Source: Actinomycetes bacterium
Lineage (GTDB): Bacteria > Actinomycetota > Thermoleophilia > BMS3ABIN01
DNA: 64,000 nucleotides
Assembly (NCBI GenBank): GCA_021785935.1
Contig: JAJYOG010000001.1
Location: 128,743-192,742 of the forward strand
Direction: 5' to 3'
Shown here: one piece after another, positions 55,134 through 64,000 of the stretch
Numbering within the stretch: the first letter of the stretch is position 1
How the letters are laid out: each line of letters opens with the position of its first letter
Notes under the pieces: model-generated
Told to the model about the DNA's origin: nothing
What the model saw: the letters and a program-made list of their open reading frames with translations, nothing else
Databases searched by the model: none
Made by a program: the position numbers and the translations under genes

Positions 55134-56654
55134 ATGGCTGAGAACCGTGCAATTAATAATTTGCGCCAAAAAGTCCGGTCTTACAGCGGTTACCGCTGGC
55201 TGGTGCTGGTAACCGTCGCGGCCGGCATGATCATGGCGATTCTAAGCTCGTCCATAGTCAACATCGCGCTCCCCACCATTACCGCCGAATTTGGATCCAG
55301 CATCAATACCATGACCTGGGTGGTCACCATCTTCATGATCACCCAGGCGACGTTGATGCCGGTTTGGGGGCGGGCAGGTGACATCTATGGCCACAGGAAA
55401 ATCTTCATCGCTGGCCTAGTGGTCTTCTCGGCGACCTCGATTATCTGTACGGTTGCCTGGGATCCTTACAGCCTGATCGCAGGCCGTGCCCTACAGGCTG
55501 TCGGCGCCAGCGCCCTTTCGCCCATGGCTCTGGCTTTCATCTATCAGGCATTCCCGTCACGCGATCGGGCGCAGGCGTTGGGAGTGATGGGTGGTGTCAT
55601 CGGCAGCGCTCCGGTGCTGGGGCTTGCGGGCGGCGGCCTCCTGGTGGACGCTTTTGGCTGGCGCAGCATCTTCTTTATCTACATACCGCTTTGCGCCCTC
55701 TTTGTTCCGGTAGCTCTTCTTATTCTCGAGGAATCAGGGGGGCAGGATTCGCGCGGCTTCGATGTGCTTGGCGGGGTTTTATTATCCACGGGACTGTTCA
55801 GCGGACTGCTGGGCCTCAACCAGGGAAGCGTCTGGGGCTGGACTGACTGGCGCATCCTGGCCTGCTTTGCCGTATCGATGGCTTTGCTCGCCGCATTTGT
55901 CCTGCACGAAAGGCGGACGGCGCTGTCCCTGCTCGACCTGACTCTGCTCAAGATCAGGTCGCTGGCATCCTCCAACATTGCCGCCTTCTTTTCCTCGGGC
56001 GCCATGTTTGGATCATTGCTCTTGCTGCCATACTTTTTTCAATCAATCTTGGGCATAACGCCGTCGGCTACCGGTTTCGCAATAGCGCCACTGGCGCTCA
56101 TGTTTCTACTGACGGCGCCAATCGGCGGCAGGCTGACAGCGCGAATCGGCGCCCGGCTGACCGCCTCGATAGGCTTAATGGTATCCGCCACCGGCTTCCT
56201 GCTTCTGGCGCTGCAGATTTCTCCCGAAGCAACGAATCTGAAACTGGCGGGTCCGATTTTAATCATGGGGATCGGGCTCGGCCTGACAATGGCGCCGCTG
56301 ACGACAGCGGCGGTACACGACGTGCCGCCCGACAAGCGCGGCATCGCCTCCTCACTGCCCAACATGAGCCGCTTCATCGGCGGTTCGTTCGCCATCGCGG
56401 TATTTAGCACCGTTCTGACATCACGCCTGGCCGGTCATCTCATCAATCCTGGAGTAAGCGCGGATGCGGCTGCCGGCATGACTTCCAGCGACGGTGAGGC
56501 GGCAGTAATCGGAAATCCCATTACAAGAGAGGCGCTGTCAGCCTCTTTCAGGGATGTATTCCTCTTCGCCATCACTTTCCTGGCGATTTCTTTTGTCGTT
56601 GTGCAGTTCATCCCGCGGCTTAAATACGCCATTACTTCTGGTTCAGATCGATGA
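55134..56654 (+). CDS. MFS transporter, 14-TM DHA2 (EmrB/QacA-like) type
   Basis: SIVNIALPTI, GRAGDIYGHRK (motif A), and about 14 hydrophobic helices. Confidence 0.85.
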   Translation: MAENRAINNLRQKVRSYSGYRWLVLVTVAAGMIMAILSSSIVNIALPTITAEFGSSINTMTWVVTIFMITQATLMPVWGRAGDIYGHRKIFIAGLVVFSATSIICTVAWDPYSLIAGRALQAVGASALSPMALAFIYQAFPSRDRAQALGVMGGVIGSAPVLGLAGGGLLVDAFGWRSIFFIYIPLCALFVPVALLILEESGGQDSRGFDVLGGVLLSTGLFSGLLGLNQGSVWGWTDWRILACFAVSMALLAAFVLHERRTALSLLDLTLLKIRSLASSNIAAFFSSGAMFGSLLLLPYFFQSILGITPSATGFAIAPLALMFLLTAPIGGRLTARIGARLTASIGLMVSATGFLLLALQISPEATNLKLAGPILIMGIGLGLTMAPLTTAAVHDVPPDKRGIASSLPNMSRFIGGSFAIAVFSTVLTSRLAGHLINPGVSADAAAGMTSSDGEAAVIGNPITREALSASFRDVFLFAITFLAISFVVVQFIPRLKYAITSGSDR

Positions 56655-58044
56655 AAACCTGACCGTTGGGGTTTATGCCTACGACGTATCCTGCTCCCCA
56701 ATCACGGTACATGGCGTGATTCTCGGGACTGTATTGACCGGGCAAGACCGACCAACCCTTGCGATGGCATAAATAAAACAAAGTAGGATCGTTGCTGTCG
56801 ACGACGACAATCAGATCGTCCGGATTCGTATGCGCCTGCACATAATTCCCCAAGGCTACCCGCTCGGAAGCCGATGGGGCCTCCTGGATGAAATAAATCA
56901 CATAAATAAACAGGCTGGACACCAGCATCCCAGCCATGCACACCAGCAACAGAATCTGCTTGAGATCAAACCACTTCCTGTAACCCGATAGCAGTTTGCC
57001 GTAAACCTTGCCCATCAGCAGGGCGGCCGGAACCATGACGGGCAAGAGATAATATTCGTGTACGTAATTGCCCTCGCCGACGATCAGCACAAAAACGAGA
57101 ATGGCCACCATCCAGAAGATGAGAAAACGCTCCTCCTTCCGCTCTCTTTTGAGGACTAAACCCGTGATGAGGATGGGTATGCCAAAAAACGCCAGCGGCC
57201 GCGCCAGATGCTCCCACAGGATTACTCGCCAATAATCGAACGTCAGCAACAGGTCCAGAGACCCCCATTTATCGCCGGATTGCCAGATGCCAAAGGTAAG
57301 CCCGGTTTCCAGATAGAGCTGGTGCGCATGCCAGTACCAGAGGGCAAAGGGCACAGCGATGATCAGAAAGAACATCCAAAGATAAGGCTGTACGGCCAGA
57401 CGAAATCGATAACGGCGCCAGGCCAGATAACCGAGAGGCAGAAAGAGGTAAAGGCTTGGGGGTTTGATCAGAACCGCCAGGCTGATGAAAATCGATGCGG
57501 TCAGGATGTGGCGGAAGCTGTCTGTCTTGTACCAGCGGTAGAAGTAATAGGTACCAACGGTAAGACACATCATCAACATGGACTCAGGCATGATGGTGCG
57601 GCTGTAGAAGATCTGCAACGGCAAAAAGGCAAAGAAAGCCGCTGCCCACAGGGCGCATTTCTCATCCCATAGATCCTTGGCAAACCGGTAGATAAAATAG
57701 ACGGCAATGAGGGAAAAGGCTATCGCCAGTAGACGGGCAAGGAACTCGTGCACGCCGAAAATCTTGTAAAGCGCGGCGACAGCGTAGGAATAGATGGGAA
57801 ATTCTGTCTCGGTATAACCCGACGTCGTCCCGCCCCAATCGACCTGGGGGAAAAGGATGTTGAACCGGCCCTCGGAGAAGTTGCGGGCGATGGAAGCGGT
57901 ATCGGCCTGCCTCCAGCTATGGACGCCCATAGGCGGCGCGGTTAAGCCGACCAGCCGGGCCAGGAACGCACCCGTCAGGATGTAGTAGATCAGCTTCGAA
58001 TCGGCGCCAACCCTTCCCTGTCTCTTGCCGTCGTTGTTCAGCAT
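56632..58044 (-). CDS. GT39/ArnT-like (GT-C) polyprenyl-phosphate-dependent glycosyltransferase
   Basis: GVHSWRQADTASIARNF first loop, more than 10 TM helices, C-terminal soluble domain. Its ATG overlaps the upstream TGA (TGATG). Confidence 0.75.
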   Translation of the reverse strand: MLNNDGKRQGRVGADSKLIYYILTGAFLARLVGLTAPPMGVHSWRQADTASIARNFSEGRFNILFPQVDWGGTTSGYTETEFPIYSYAVAALYKIFGVHEFLARLLAIAFSLIAVYFIYRFAKDLWDEKCALWAAAFFAFLPLQIFYSRTIMPESMLMMCLTVGTYYFYRWYKTDSFRHILTASIFISLAVLIKPPSLYLFLPLGYLAWRRYRFRLAVQPYLWMFFLIIAVPFALWYWHAHQLYLETGLTFGIWQSGDKWGSLDLLLTFDYWRVILWEHLARPLAFFGIPILITGLVLKRERKEERFLIFWMVAILVFVLIVGEGNYVHEYYLLPVMVPAALLMGKVYGKLLSGYRKWFDLKQILLLVCMAGMLVSSLFIYVIYFIQEAPSASERVALGNYVQAHTNPDDLIVVVDSNDPTLFYLCHRKGWSVLPGQYSPENHAMYRDWGAGYVVGINPNGQVFIDLNQK

Positions 58045-59375
58045 CAGGAGAAGAAGCTGGTAACCACGAGCATCAGGCTCAGTACGATCAGCGCCGTGGT
58101 AGTCAGGCCGGCGATAATGTTATGCCGGCGGCTGTTGGCATATATACCCATGATGCCTCGATCGTTCACGATCACCATGACGAAGATGAGAATTAGCGGC
58201 AGCAGGATGCCGTTCACGTCCTGTGCCAACACCATGATGTTCAGCAGCGGAAGATTGGGGATGAGAGCAACCAGCGCACCGATCACTATCGATGCCGTAA
58301 ACAGCCCGTGAAATATGGGCGCCTCCTTGAAGGAGCGGTTTACGCCCGATTCAAAGCCAAACGCCTCGCAGATTGCGTAGGCGGTCGCCAGCGGCAAGAT
58401 ACCGGCGGCAAGCACCGATGCGTTGAGGAGCCCGAAGGCAAAAAGTTTCGAGGCAAACTGTCCCGCCAGAGGCACCAGTGCTTGGGCCGCCTGTTCGGCG
58501 CTGTCGATGCTGCCGCCCGTCGCGTAGATGGTCGCGGCGCAGGCTACGATGATGAAGAACGCCACTACGTCGGTGACGATCGCGCCAAGGATAACTTCAG
58601 CCTTGGTATAGCGGTAATGCTTGATCGATATGCCCTTGTCGACAACGTAAGCCTGGATAAAAAATTGCCCCCACGGGGTGATTGTCGTGCCGATGACGGC
58701 GATGAAAAGCAGAATGTAACTCGCGTTCATCTGAAACGAAGGCACGACGGTGCTGTGAAACGCCTGGCTCCAGTCCGGGTGCGCCATTATCCCCGAGACC
58801 ACATAGGCCAGATAGAAACTGGAGAAGACGAGGAAGACACGTTCGGCGATTTTGTAGGAGCCCCGCACTACCAGCAGCCAGATAAACACCGCCACGAAAG
58901 GCACGGTATAGTACTTGGAAGCTCCAAAGAGCTGGAAGCTTGAGGCGATTCCCGAAAACTCCGAGATAGTCGTACCCAGGTTTGCCACCAGCATCGCCGC
59001 CATGGCTACGACCGTCAGCTTCAGCCGGAAACGTTCGCGGATGAGCGCCGCCAGGCCCTGACCCGTGACTACTCCCATCCGTGCTCCCATTTCCTGGGTG
59101 ACCGCGAGGCTGAAGGTGATGAGCAGGAGCATCCACAACATGCCGTAACCGAAGCGCGCGCCGGCCATGGAATAGGTGGCGATGCCACCGGCGTCATTAT
59201 CGGCGTTGGCGGTTATGAGCCCCGGCCCCATCATTGCCAGGAAGAGCAGCAGGCGGGTCCGCCCGATCCGTGGGAGCGGTGGCAGCTTCGGCCGGCTGAC
59301 GTGCGGCAGGCGCGGCTTGCCTGCGGCGGGCAGGCGCATCCAGCCGATAACGGGCATTGCTTTTAGGCGGCGCAT
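58044..59375 (-). CDS. NRAMP-related transporter with non-canonical metal site (NRMT-like, probable Mg2+ transporter)
   Basis: NRAMP fold. TM1 reads ANADNDAGGIATYS (canonical DPGN becomes DAGG). TM6 reads IGTTITPWGQFF (canonical AxxMPH becomes TTITPW). Starts 15 nt after the MgtE-sensor gene. Confidence 0.8.
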   Translation of the reverse strand: MRRLKAMPVIGWMRLPAAGKPRLPHVSRPKLPPLPRIGRTRLLLFLAMMGPGLITANADNDAGGIATYSMAGARFGYGMLWMLLLITFSLAVTQEMGARMGVVTGQGLAALIRERFRLKLTVVAMAAMLVANLGTTISEFSGIASSFQLFGASKYYTVPFVAVFIWLLVVRGSYKIAERVFLVFSSFYLAYVVSGIMAHPDWSQAFHSTVVPSFQMNASYILLFIAVIGTTITPWGQFFIQAYVVDKGISIKHYRYTKAEVILGAIVTDVVAFFIIVACAATIYATGGSIDSAEQAAQALVPLAGQFASKLFAFGLLNASVLAAGILPLATAYAICEAFGFESGVNRSFKEAPIFHGLFTASIVIGALVALIPNLPLLNIMVLAQDVNGILLPLILIFVMVIVNDRGIMGIYANSRRHNIIAGLTTTALIVLSLMLVVTSFFS

Positions 59376-59390
59376 GGTTCCCTCTCCCGG

Positions 59391-60635
59391 CTAGCCGAAG
59401 ATCTTCGGCAGCCTTTTCTTCCAGGTGAGGGGCAGGATGATATCGATCGCGTCATCGACCGTGATGATGCCACGCAGGATGTTATCCTGGTCGGTGACGG
59501 GCACCGCCAGCAGATTGTACTTCGCGACCACCTGGGCTACGTCTTCCAGCGAGGTGTCGGTGCGGATGCTGATCAGATGGTGCTCCATGAACTCCTCAAC
59601 CTTCTGGTCGCGGCGGGCCAGCAGCAGGTCGCGCAAGGAAACGACACCCGCCAGGTGGCCGTCATCGTCAACGACGTAGATGTAATAAATGGTTTCTGCG
59701 TCCGGCTCGAGTTCGCGGAGGCGCCCGATTGCCTGGCCTGCGGTCATCCCCGGAGGCAGAGACACGAATTCGGTGGTCATGATGCCGCCGGCGGAGTCCT
59801 CTTCATATCGAAGCAGCTGTTTGACGTCGCGCGCCTCTTTAAGCCGCATTGAGGACAAAAGCGCCGCCGCTTTTTCCTCGGGCAGGTCGGCCAGCAGATC
59901 GGCGGCGTCGTCAGGATCCATGTTGGAGAGGATTGTTGCCGCCTTGCGCTCGTTCATGTCATTGAGCAGGGCGGCCTGGAAATTTGGATGCATCTCCTCG
60001 ACGGTATCGGCAGCGACCTCGTCCTCGAGCGCCTCGACGACCGCGACACGCTCTTCCGGCGAGAGTTCATTGGCGATGTCGGCGATGTCGGCGGGGTGCA
60101 GGAGTGCCAGCTTGTCGTGAGTCACCTGCAGCTTCATGCCGCTGGAATCGCCGCCGGCAACCGGCTCCACGGTCTTCCAGTCGAGAAGGCGTGGCTCGAC
60201 GCGGCGCGACAGGCGCTCGGCCAGCCGGGATAGGCCCAGCCGCCGCATGATGGCGCCGCCGGAGATATCGACACCGACAACCCGGAGGCTGCCATTGGCC
60301 CGGGCCAGCTGCAGGTCGTTAACCCGAATCAGCTTGTGCCCCTCCGTATCTACAATCTGCTTGTCGAGGATGTCCCCTGCTAAAAAAATCTCGCCCTCTT
60401 CCGGCTCGATCCCCTCGAGCTCCGCCTTTGGCAGGCGCAACATCGTCTGGGATTCCTCGAAGCTGCGAACCAGGTGCCAGGGAAGCAGCATCTTCTTGCG
60501 GCCACTTTTGACGACAAGCTTGGTCGCGGAGGGATATTTACGCTTGATGGTAACGGCAATATCGTCGAGGACGCCCACGGTCTGCGACCGCGAATCCTTG
60601 ACCTGTTGCCCCAGGAGTTTACTGAGGAAAAACAT
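59391..60635 (-). CDS. MgtE-type cytosolic Mg2+-sensing module only (2x PRC-barrel + MgtE_N + CBS pair); no membrane domain
   Basis: LLGQQVKDSRSQTVGVLDDI and ILDKQIVDTEGHKLIRVNDL (PRC-like). HPADIADIANELSPEE...AADLLADLPEEKAAALL (MgtE_N). Then a CBS pair. The protein ends GIITVDDAIDIILPLTWKKRLPKIFG* without TM helices. ATG 60635 follows AGGTGA; a GTG at 60644 is also possible. Confidence 0.85.
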   Translation of the reverse strand: MFFLSKLLGQQVKDSRSQTVGVLDDIAVTIKRKYPSATKLVVKSGRKKMLLPWHLVRSFEESQTMLRLPKAELEGIEPEEGEIFLAGDILDKQIVDTEGHKLIRVNDLQLARANGSLRVVGVDISGGAIMRRLGLSRLAERLSRRVEPRLLDWKTVEPVAGGDSSGMKLQVTHDKLALLHPADIADIANELSPEERVAVVEALEDEVAADTVEEMHPNFQAALLNDMNERKAATILSNMDPDDAADLLADLPEEKAAALLSSMRLKEARDVKQLLRYEEDSAGGIMTTEFVSLPPGMTAGQAIGRLRELEPDAETIYYIYVVDDDGHLAGVVSLRDLLLARRDQKVEEFMEHHLISIRTDTSLEDVAQVVAKYNLLAVPVTDQDNILRGIITVDDAIDIILPLTWKKRLPKIFG

Positions 60636-60663
60636 GCTGCTCACCTGCCCTTCTGCACCAAAT

Positions 60664-60710
60664 AAAAAACCTCCCGTAACCAGGAGGAAAAAACTCCCGT
60701 AGGGGAGGCT
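60664..60710 (-). terminator. two tandem U-tract hairpins (riboswitch expression platform)
   Basis: Minus-strand RNA: CUCCC-cuac-GGGAG-UUUUUU (60688-60708), then CCUCCU-gguuac-GGGAGG-UUUUUUAUUU (60664-60687). Confidence 0.5.
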
Positions 60711-60774
60711 TGCTTATTTGGCGCCTTGCTCGCGCAAACAGGCAGGCGCGCGAACGCGCCCGCAAAGGCCTTCC

Positions 60775-60968
60775 CCAACTCGTACAAGCTTTGGCACAGC
60801 GCATCGTAGAGTGCGTGAGCGCACGGGATTTATCATCCGCGCCACCTTTGCTCTCAGCCGTTTCGGGCAAAACCTTAGTCCGGTAATGCCTGTTCTACCC
60901 GTTGGGGTCTTTGGACCTTTCCGGGCAACGGCCTGTGTCCGCGCTGGAGCCTCACCTAACGAGGATAC
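60775..60968 (-). promoter_or_regulatory. M-box (ykoK-leader) Mg2+ riboswitch aptamer
   Basis: Minus-strand RNA contains CUCGUUAGGUGAGGCUCC, UGCCCGGAAAGGUCCAAAGAC, GGGUAGAACAG, ACUAAGGU and GCCAAAGCUUGUACGAG. The order and spacing match the B. subtilis mgtE M-box as I remember it. Confidence 0.85.
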
Positions 60969-60983
60969 GGCTTTGCTTTACCT

Positions 60984-61012
60984 AAACTAATCCCGGAATT
61001 GGTGATTGTCAA
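60984..61012 (-). promoter_or_regulatory. candidate promoter for the M-box transcript
   Basis: Minus strand: TTGACA (61012-61007), 17 bp, TAGTTT (60989-60984), about 15-20 nt before the aptamer. Confidence 0.3.
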
Positions 61013-61070
61013 GAAGACATATGATAGAAAAGCCAAACAGAGAAAGAAGTAAACGGAATATGATTCTCAC

Positions 61071-62876
61071 ATGACGTCGATAAAAAATGGACTCAAGAAC
61101 TGGCTTTTGCCGTTGTCGGCATACCTGGGGATGACCCTCGCCGTTACCTGGCCGCTCGCACTTCACTTTAATGATTATGTCATTGGCGGCGGCAACGACG
61201 GCCCTGATTCTGTCTGGAATATCTGGTGGATAAAATTTGCCCTCACCGGTCAGGGGCAAAGCCTTTTCGACTGTTATTTCCGGTTCTTTCCCGACGGCGT
61301 CAACCTGACCTTTCACTGGATGCCCAAAATGCTGGGCATTTTGGGCATCCCTTTACAACAATTTCTTTCGCTGGGCACGGCGTACAATCTTCTCGTTGTT
61401 CTCACGCTCGTAGCATCCGGCCTGACCGCCTACCGCCTGCTTTTACATCTGCTTCCCCGTGCCCTGCCGGCCTTTTTAGCCGGCGCCTTTTTTGCTTTTT
61501 CTCCGTACCGCCTTGGCCAGATATCCTACCTGAACCTGCTTGCCACGATGTTAATACCGGTTTACATCCTGCTGATCATCAGGGCGAAAGAGGCTTTGGC
61601 CCAAAAGGTGGGTTACCCATGGATGTATTTTGGCCTCGCCGGCGTGGTGCTGGCTTTAACCTCATATGACACTGAACACTACGCTATTTTTCTGGTAATT
61701 TTTTCAATTATATTTCTCTTCTTTTACAGGCCTTCCCGTAAGGACCAGGTTGAACACCGGCAATGGCTCAAGTTAATTACCGGCCTTGCGGCGACCATGG
61801 CTATAGCCGTCATCTTGTTTTCGCCGATGCTGGTGGCCGCCGCCCGCGAGTTGAGCGCAAGCGGCGACATCGTCACATCCAATACGCGTGAGATTGAAAG
61901 CCTCTCTTCCGATGCACTTTCATTTTTCATTCCCGAACACGATTCCGACCTCCTGGTTTCACGATTGGGATTGATTACCAACCGTATCCGGGAGCCGGAA
62001 AATTCATATATCGGACTGGTGATTCTCGCCCTTGCCTTTACCGGTTTATGGCGCTACCGCAAAGTGAAGGAGGCCCGGCTGTGGGTTTATACCGCCCTGG
62101 TCTTCGCAATACTGGCGCTTGGACCTACCCTGAGGATTTATGGCGGTTTCACACATATTCCCATGCCATATATGCTTATCAATCGCCTGCCGCTCATAAA
62201 CACGATCAGGACGCCTTCACGTTATGTGGCGATGGTTTCCCTGGCCGTCGCGATCCTGGCCGGTTACGGGTCCAATGCAATCTTCGACCGGCTAAAAAAA
62301 TATCGCTACGCCGCGCTGTCGATACCCCTGGTTGCGGTATTGCTGATCGCTTCCGTCTATTTTGAAACTACAACCAGAACCAACCTGATATCTACGGAGG
62401 TACCCTCTGTCTATCAGGAGGTAGCCGGTAGCAAGATACAGGGCTCCGTCATCAGCATGCCTTTTGGATGGCAGACGGCAACTACCGGCAACATTGGCAG
62501 AGACGCGACTTTTGTCGAACTCTACCAGCCGGTTCATGAAAGGCCCATGGCCGGAGGTATGGTGTCGCGGGCTCCCGCGGAGCTGGTTTATGGCATCGCC
62601 AACTCTCCGGTCCTCGACTATCTTGCCAACCCCGGCGCCGGGCCCTCGGCCGCCGATCTGGACCCGAAAAACATCGATGAGAGCATGCAGAGATTCCAGA
62701 TCGCGTTTATCATCGTGCACAAGCTTTATCCGTGGTTTGTATTCGGAGGGGAATCTTTTCGGAATACAGCCTTCAACGCGGAAGAGCTAAAGAATATTGA
62801 CCAATACATAACCAAAAATCTGCCCATGGAAAAATTTGAAGAGACGGATGAGATTGTCGCGTATCGACGGGTATAA
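61071..62876 (+). CDS. large polytopic membrane protein with C-terminal soluble domain (GT-C-like?), unknown family
   Basis: 601 aa. N-terminal TWPLALHFNDYVIGGGNDGPDSVWNIWWIKFAL, about 12 TM helices, and a roughly 200-aa C-terminal non-hydrophobic domain. Confidence 0.65.
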   Translation: MTSIKNGLKNWLLPLSAYLGMTLAVTWPLALHFNDYVIGGGNDGPDSVWNIWWIKFALTGQGQSLFDCYFRFFPDGVNLTFHWMPKMLGILGIPLQQFLSLGTAYNLLVVLTLVASGLTAYRLLLHLLPRALPAFLAGAFFAFSPYRLGQISYLNLLATMLIPVYILLIIRAKEALAQKVGYPWMYFGLAGVVLALTSYDTEHYAIFLVIFSIIFLFFYRPSRKDQVEHRQWLKLITGLAATMAIAVILFSPMLVAAARELSASGDIVTSNTREIESLSSDALSFFIPEHDSDLLVSRLGLITNRIREPENSYIGLVILALAFTGLWRYRKVKEARLWVYTALVFAILALGPTLRIYGGFTHIPMPYMLINRLPLINTIRTPSRYVAMVSLAVAILAGYGSNAIFDRLKKYRYAALSIPLVAVLLIASVYFETTTRTNLISTEVPSVYQEVAGSKIQGSVISMPFGWQTATTGNIGRDATFVELYQPVHERPMAGGMVSRAPAELVYGIANSPVLDYLANPGAGPSAADLDPKNIDESMQRFQIAFIIVHKLYPWFVFGGESFRNTAFNAEELKNIDQYITKNLPMEKFEETDEIVAYRRV

Positions 62877-62879
62877 AAC

Positions 62880-64000
62880 CTGAAGTTTACCCGCTGGCTG
62901 CTGCCGGCGCCAGCCTATCTGGCCATGACGGCGGCCTTCACCTGGCCGGCCGCGCTGCACCTGGGAAATTACTATATTGGGAACGGCGGAGACGGCGCCA
63001 TTTCGGTCTGGAACATCTGGTGGATGAAGTTCGCGCTGACCACTCCGGGGCAGGGGTTCTTCGATTGTCACTCCCTGTTTTCCCGGATGGCGTCAATCTT
63101 ACCTTCCAGTCGATCCCCAAATTTCTGGGAGCGATTTTTATCCTCCTGAGTGGGATTTTTTCCCTGGCTGTCTCGTACAACCTGATTGTCATCCTGACTT
63201 TTGTGACTTCCGGCATGGCTGCTTACTGGCTGGTTTATCATTTACTAAAACGGGCTGTTCCGGCCTTCTTTGCCGGAGCCTTCTTCGCCTTCTCCCCGTA
63301 CCACCTGGACCAGCAATCGCATATCAACTTGCTGCCGACCATGCTGGTCCCGGTTTTCATCCTGCTGATTATCAAAGGGAAAGAAGCAATGGATGACCGC
63401 ACTGGGAAAGGGCTGCCGCTCCGGCAGCGGCTGAACTTCATCCTGGCCGGGGTGGTCCTGGGACTGATCGCTTACGACACCGAACATTACGCCATTTTTC
63501 TGATCGTCTTCTGTCTTCTTTATTTGCTTTTCTACCTGCCATATCGATGCGCGCGCGGCCAGTGGAAGCACTGGCTTAGGCTGATGGGAAATATTTATCT
63601 GTCCCTGGTGATCGCGGCAATCATATTTTTCCCGATGCTGTTGGCGGCGGTCCGATATTTGAGAGAGGCGGGCAACATTATCACCAACAACTTCCTTTCA
63701 TTTGAAAGGTCCTACCTCGGTCTGGTAATACTGCTGCTGGCGGCAGCTGGCGCCTGGAGCTATTGGCGTGTGCTCCAGACCCGGCTCTGGGTGCTGGCCG
63801 CGCTGGTCTTTTCGATCCTGTCACTCGGTCCGGTGCTCTATGTGAACGGCGCCAGTACCGCTTGCCCATGCCTTATGCGATCATCAATCAAATACCACTG
63901 CTCAATTCGATCAGAACACCGTCGCGGTATGTCGCCATCGCCTCACTGGCGTTGGCGGTGCTGGCGGGATACGGTATCGACGCGATCTTCATGAAACTGA
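62880..64000 (+). pseudogene. tandem paralog of the preceding gene, disrupted by two 1-nt deletions and an internal deletion (runs off the window)
   Basis: Homology (LKFTRWLLPAPAYLAMTAAFTWPAALHLGNYYIGNGGDGAISVWNIWWMKFAL) starts one codon after the upstream TAA, in the same frame. The frame changes at the T4C3 run 63078-63084 and again near 63857. About 33 codons are missing relative to copy 1. Confidence 0.6.

Overview
GC-rich, almost fully coding bacterial chromosomal window with about 60 credible genes. I recognised no rRNA, tRNA, CRISPR array, transposase or integrase. Conserved blocks are mnmE-mnmG-rsmG-parA-parB (with a perfect parS inside mnmG), topA-tmk-holB-PSP1, murI-queT-rph-rdgB, nrdR-nrdJ, tatA-tatC and an MctB-like gene. 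From synteny alone (no search was run) these suggest an Actinobacteriota-like lineage. It is probably anaerobic: it has a two-subunit 2-oxoacid:ferredoxin oxidoreductase, a B12-dependent RNR and radical-SAM enzymes. Most interesting items: (1) A clear M-box (Mg2+) riboswitch with two tandem U-tract hairpins drives an operon. The operon encodes an MgtE-type cytosolic sensor protein (2x PRC + MgtE_N + CBS pair) with no membrane domain, then an NRAMP-related (NRMT-like, DAGG/TTITPW site) transporter, then a translationally coupled GT39 envelope glycosyltransferase. (2) A decayed sulfhydrogenase-type (beta-gamma-delta-alpha) [NiFe]-hydrogenase operon has an intact pyrE sitting inside it. (3) A truncated MnmG paralog lacking the catalytic cysteines is wedged between mnmE and mnmG and carries a near-perfect 42-bp in-frame tandem repeat. 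(4) A presenilin/SPP-like intramembrane protease candidate. (5) A roadblock/LC7 gene is coupled to parAB. (6) An archaeal-style type IA topoisomerase occupies the topA slot. (7) Two tandem paralogous polytopic membrane genes, the second with two single-base frameshifts. (8) An orphan DNA-repair-type radical SAM gene is followed by a membrane-anchored protein and a 65-aa half-ferritin. Many long ORFs in the track are antisense or alternate-frame shadows typical of GC-rich DNA and were not called. Coordinates of non-ORF features were derived by hand from the printed sequence and may be off by a base or two. All family assignments rest on motifs I could read, not on database searches.
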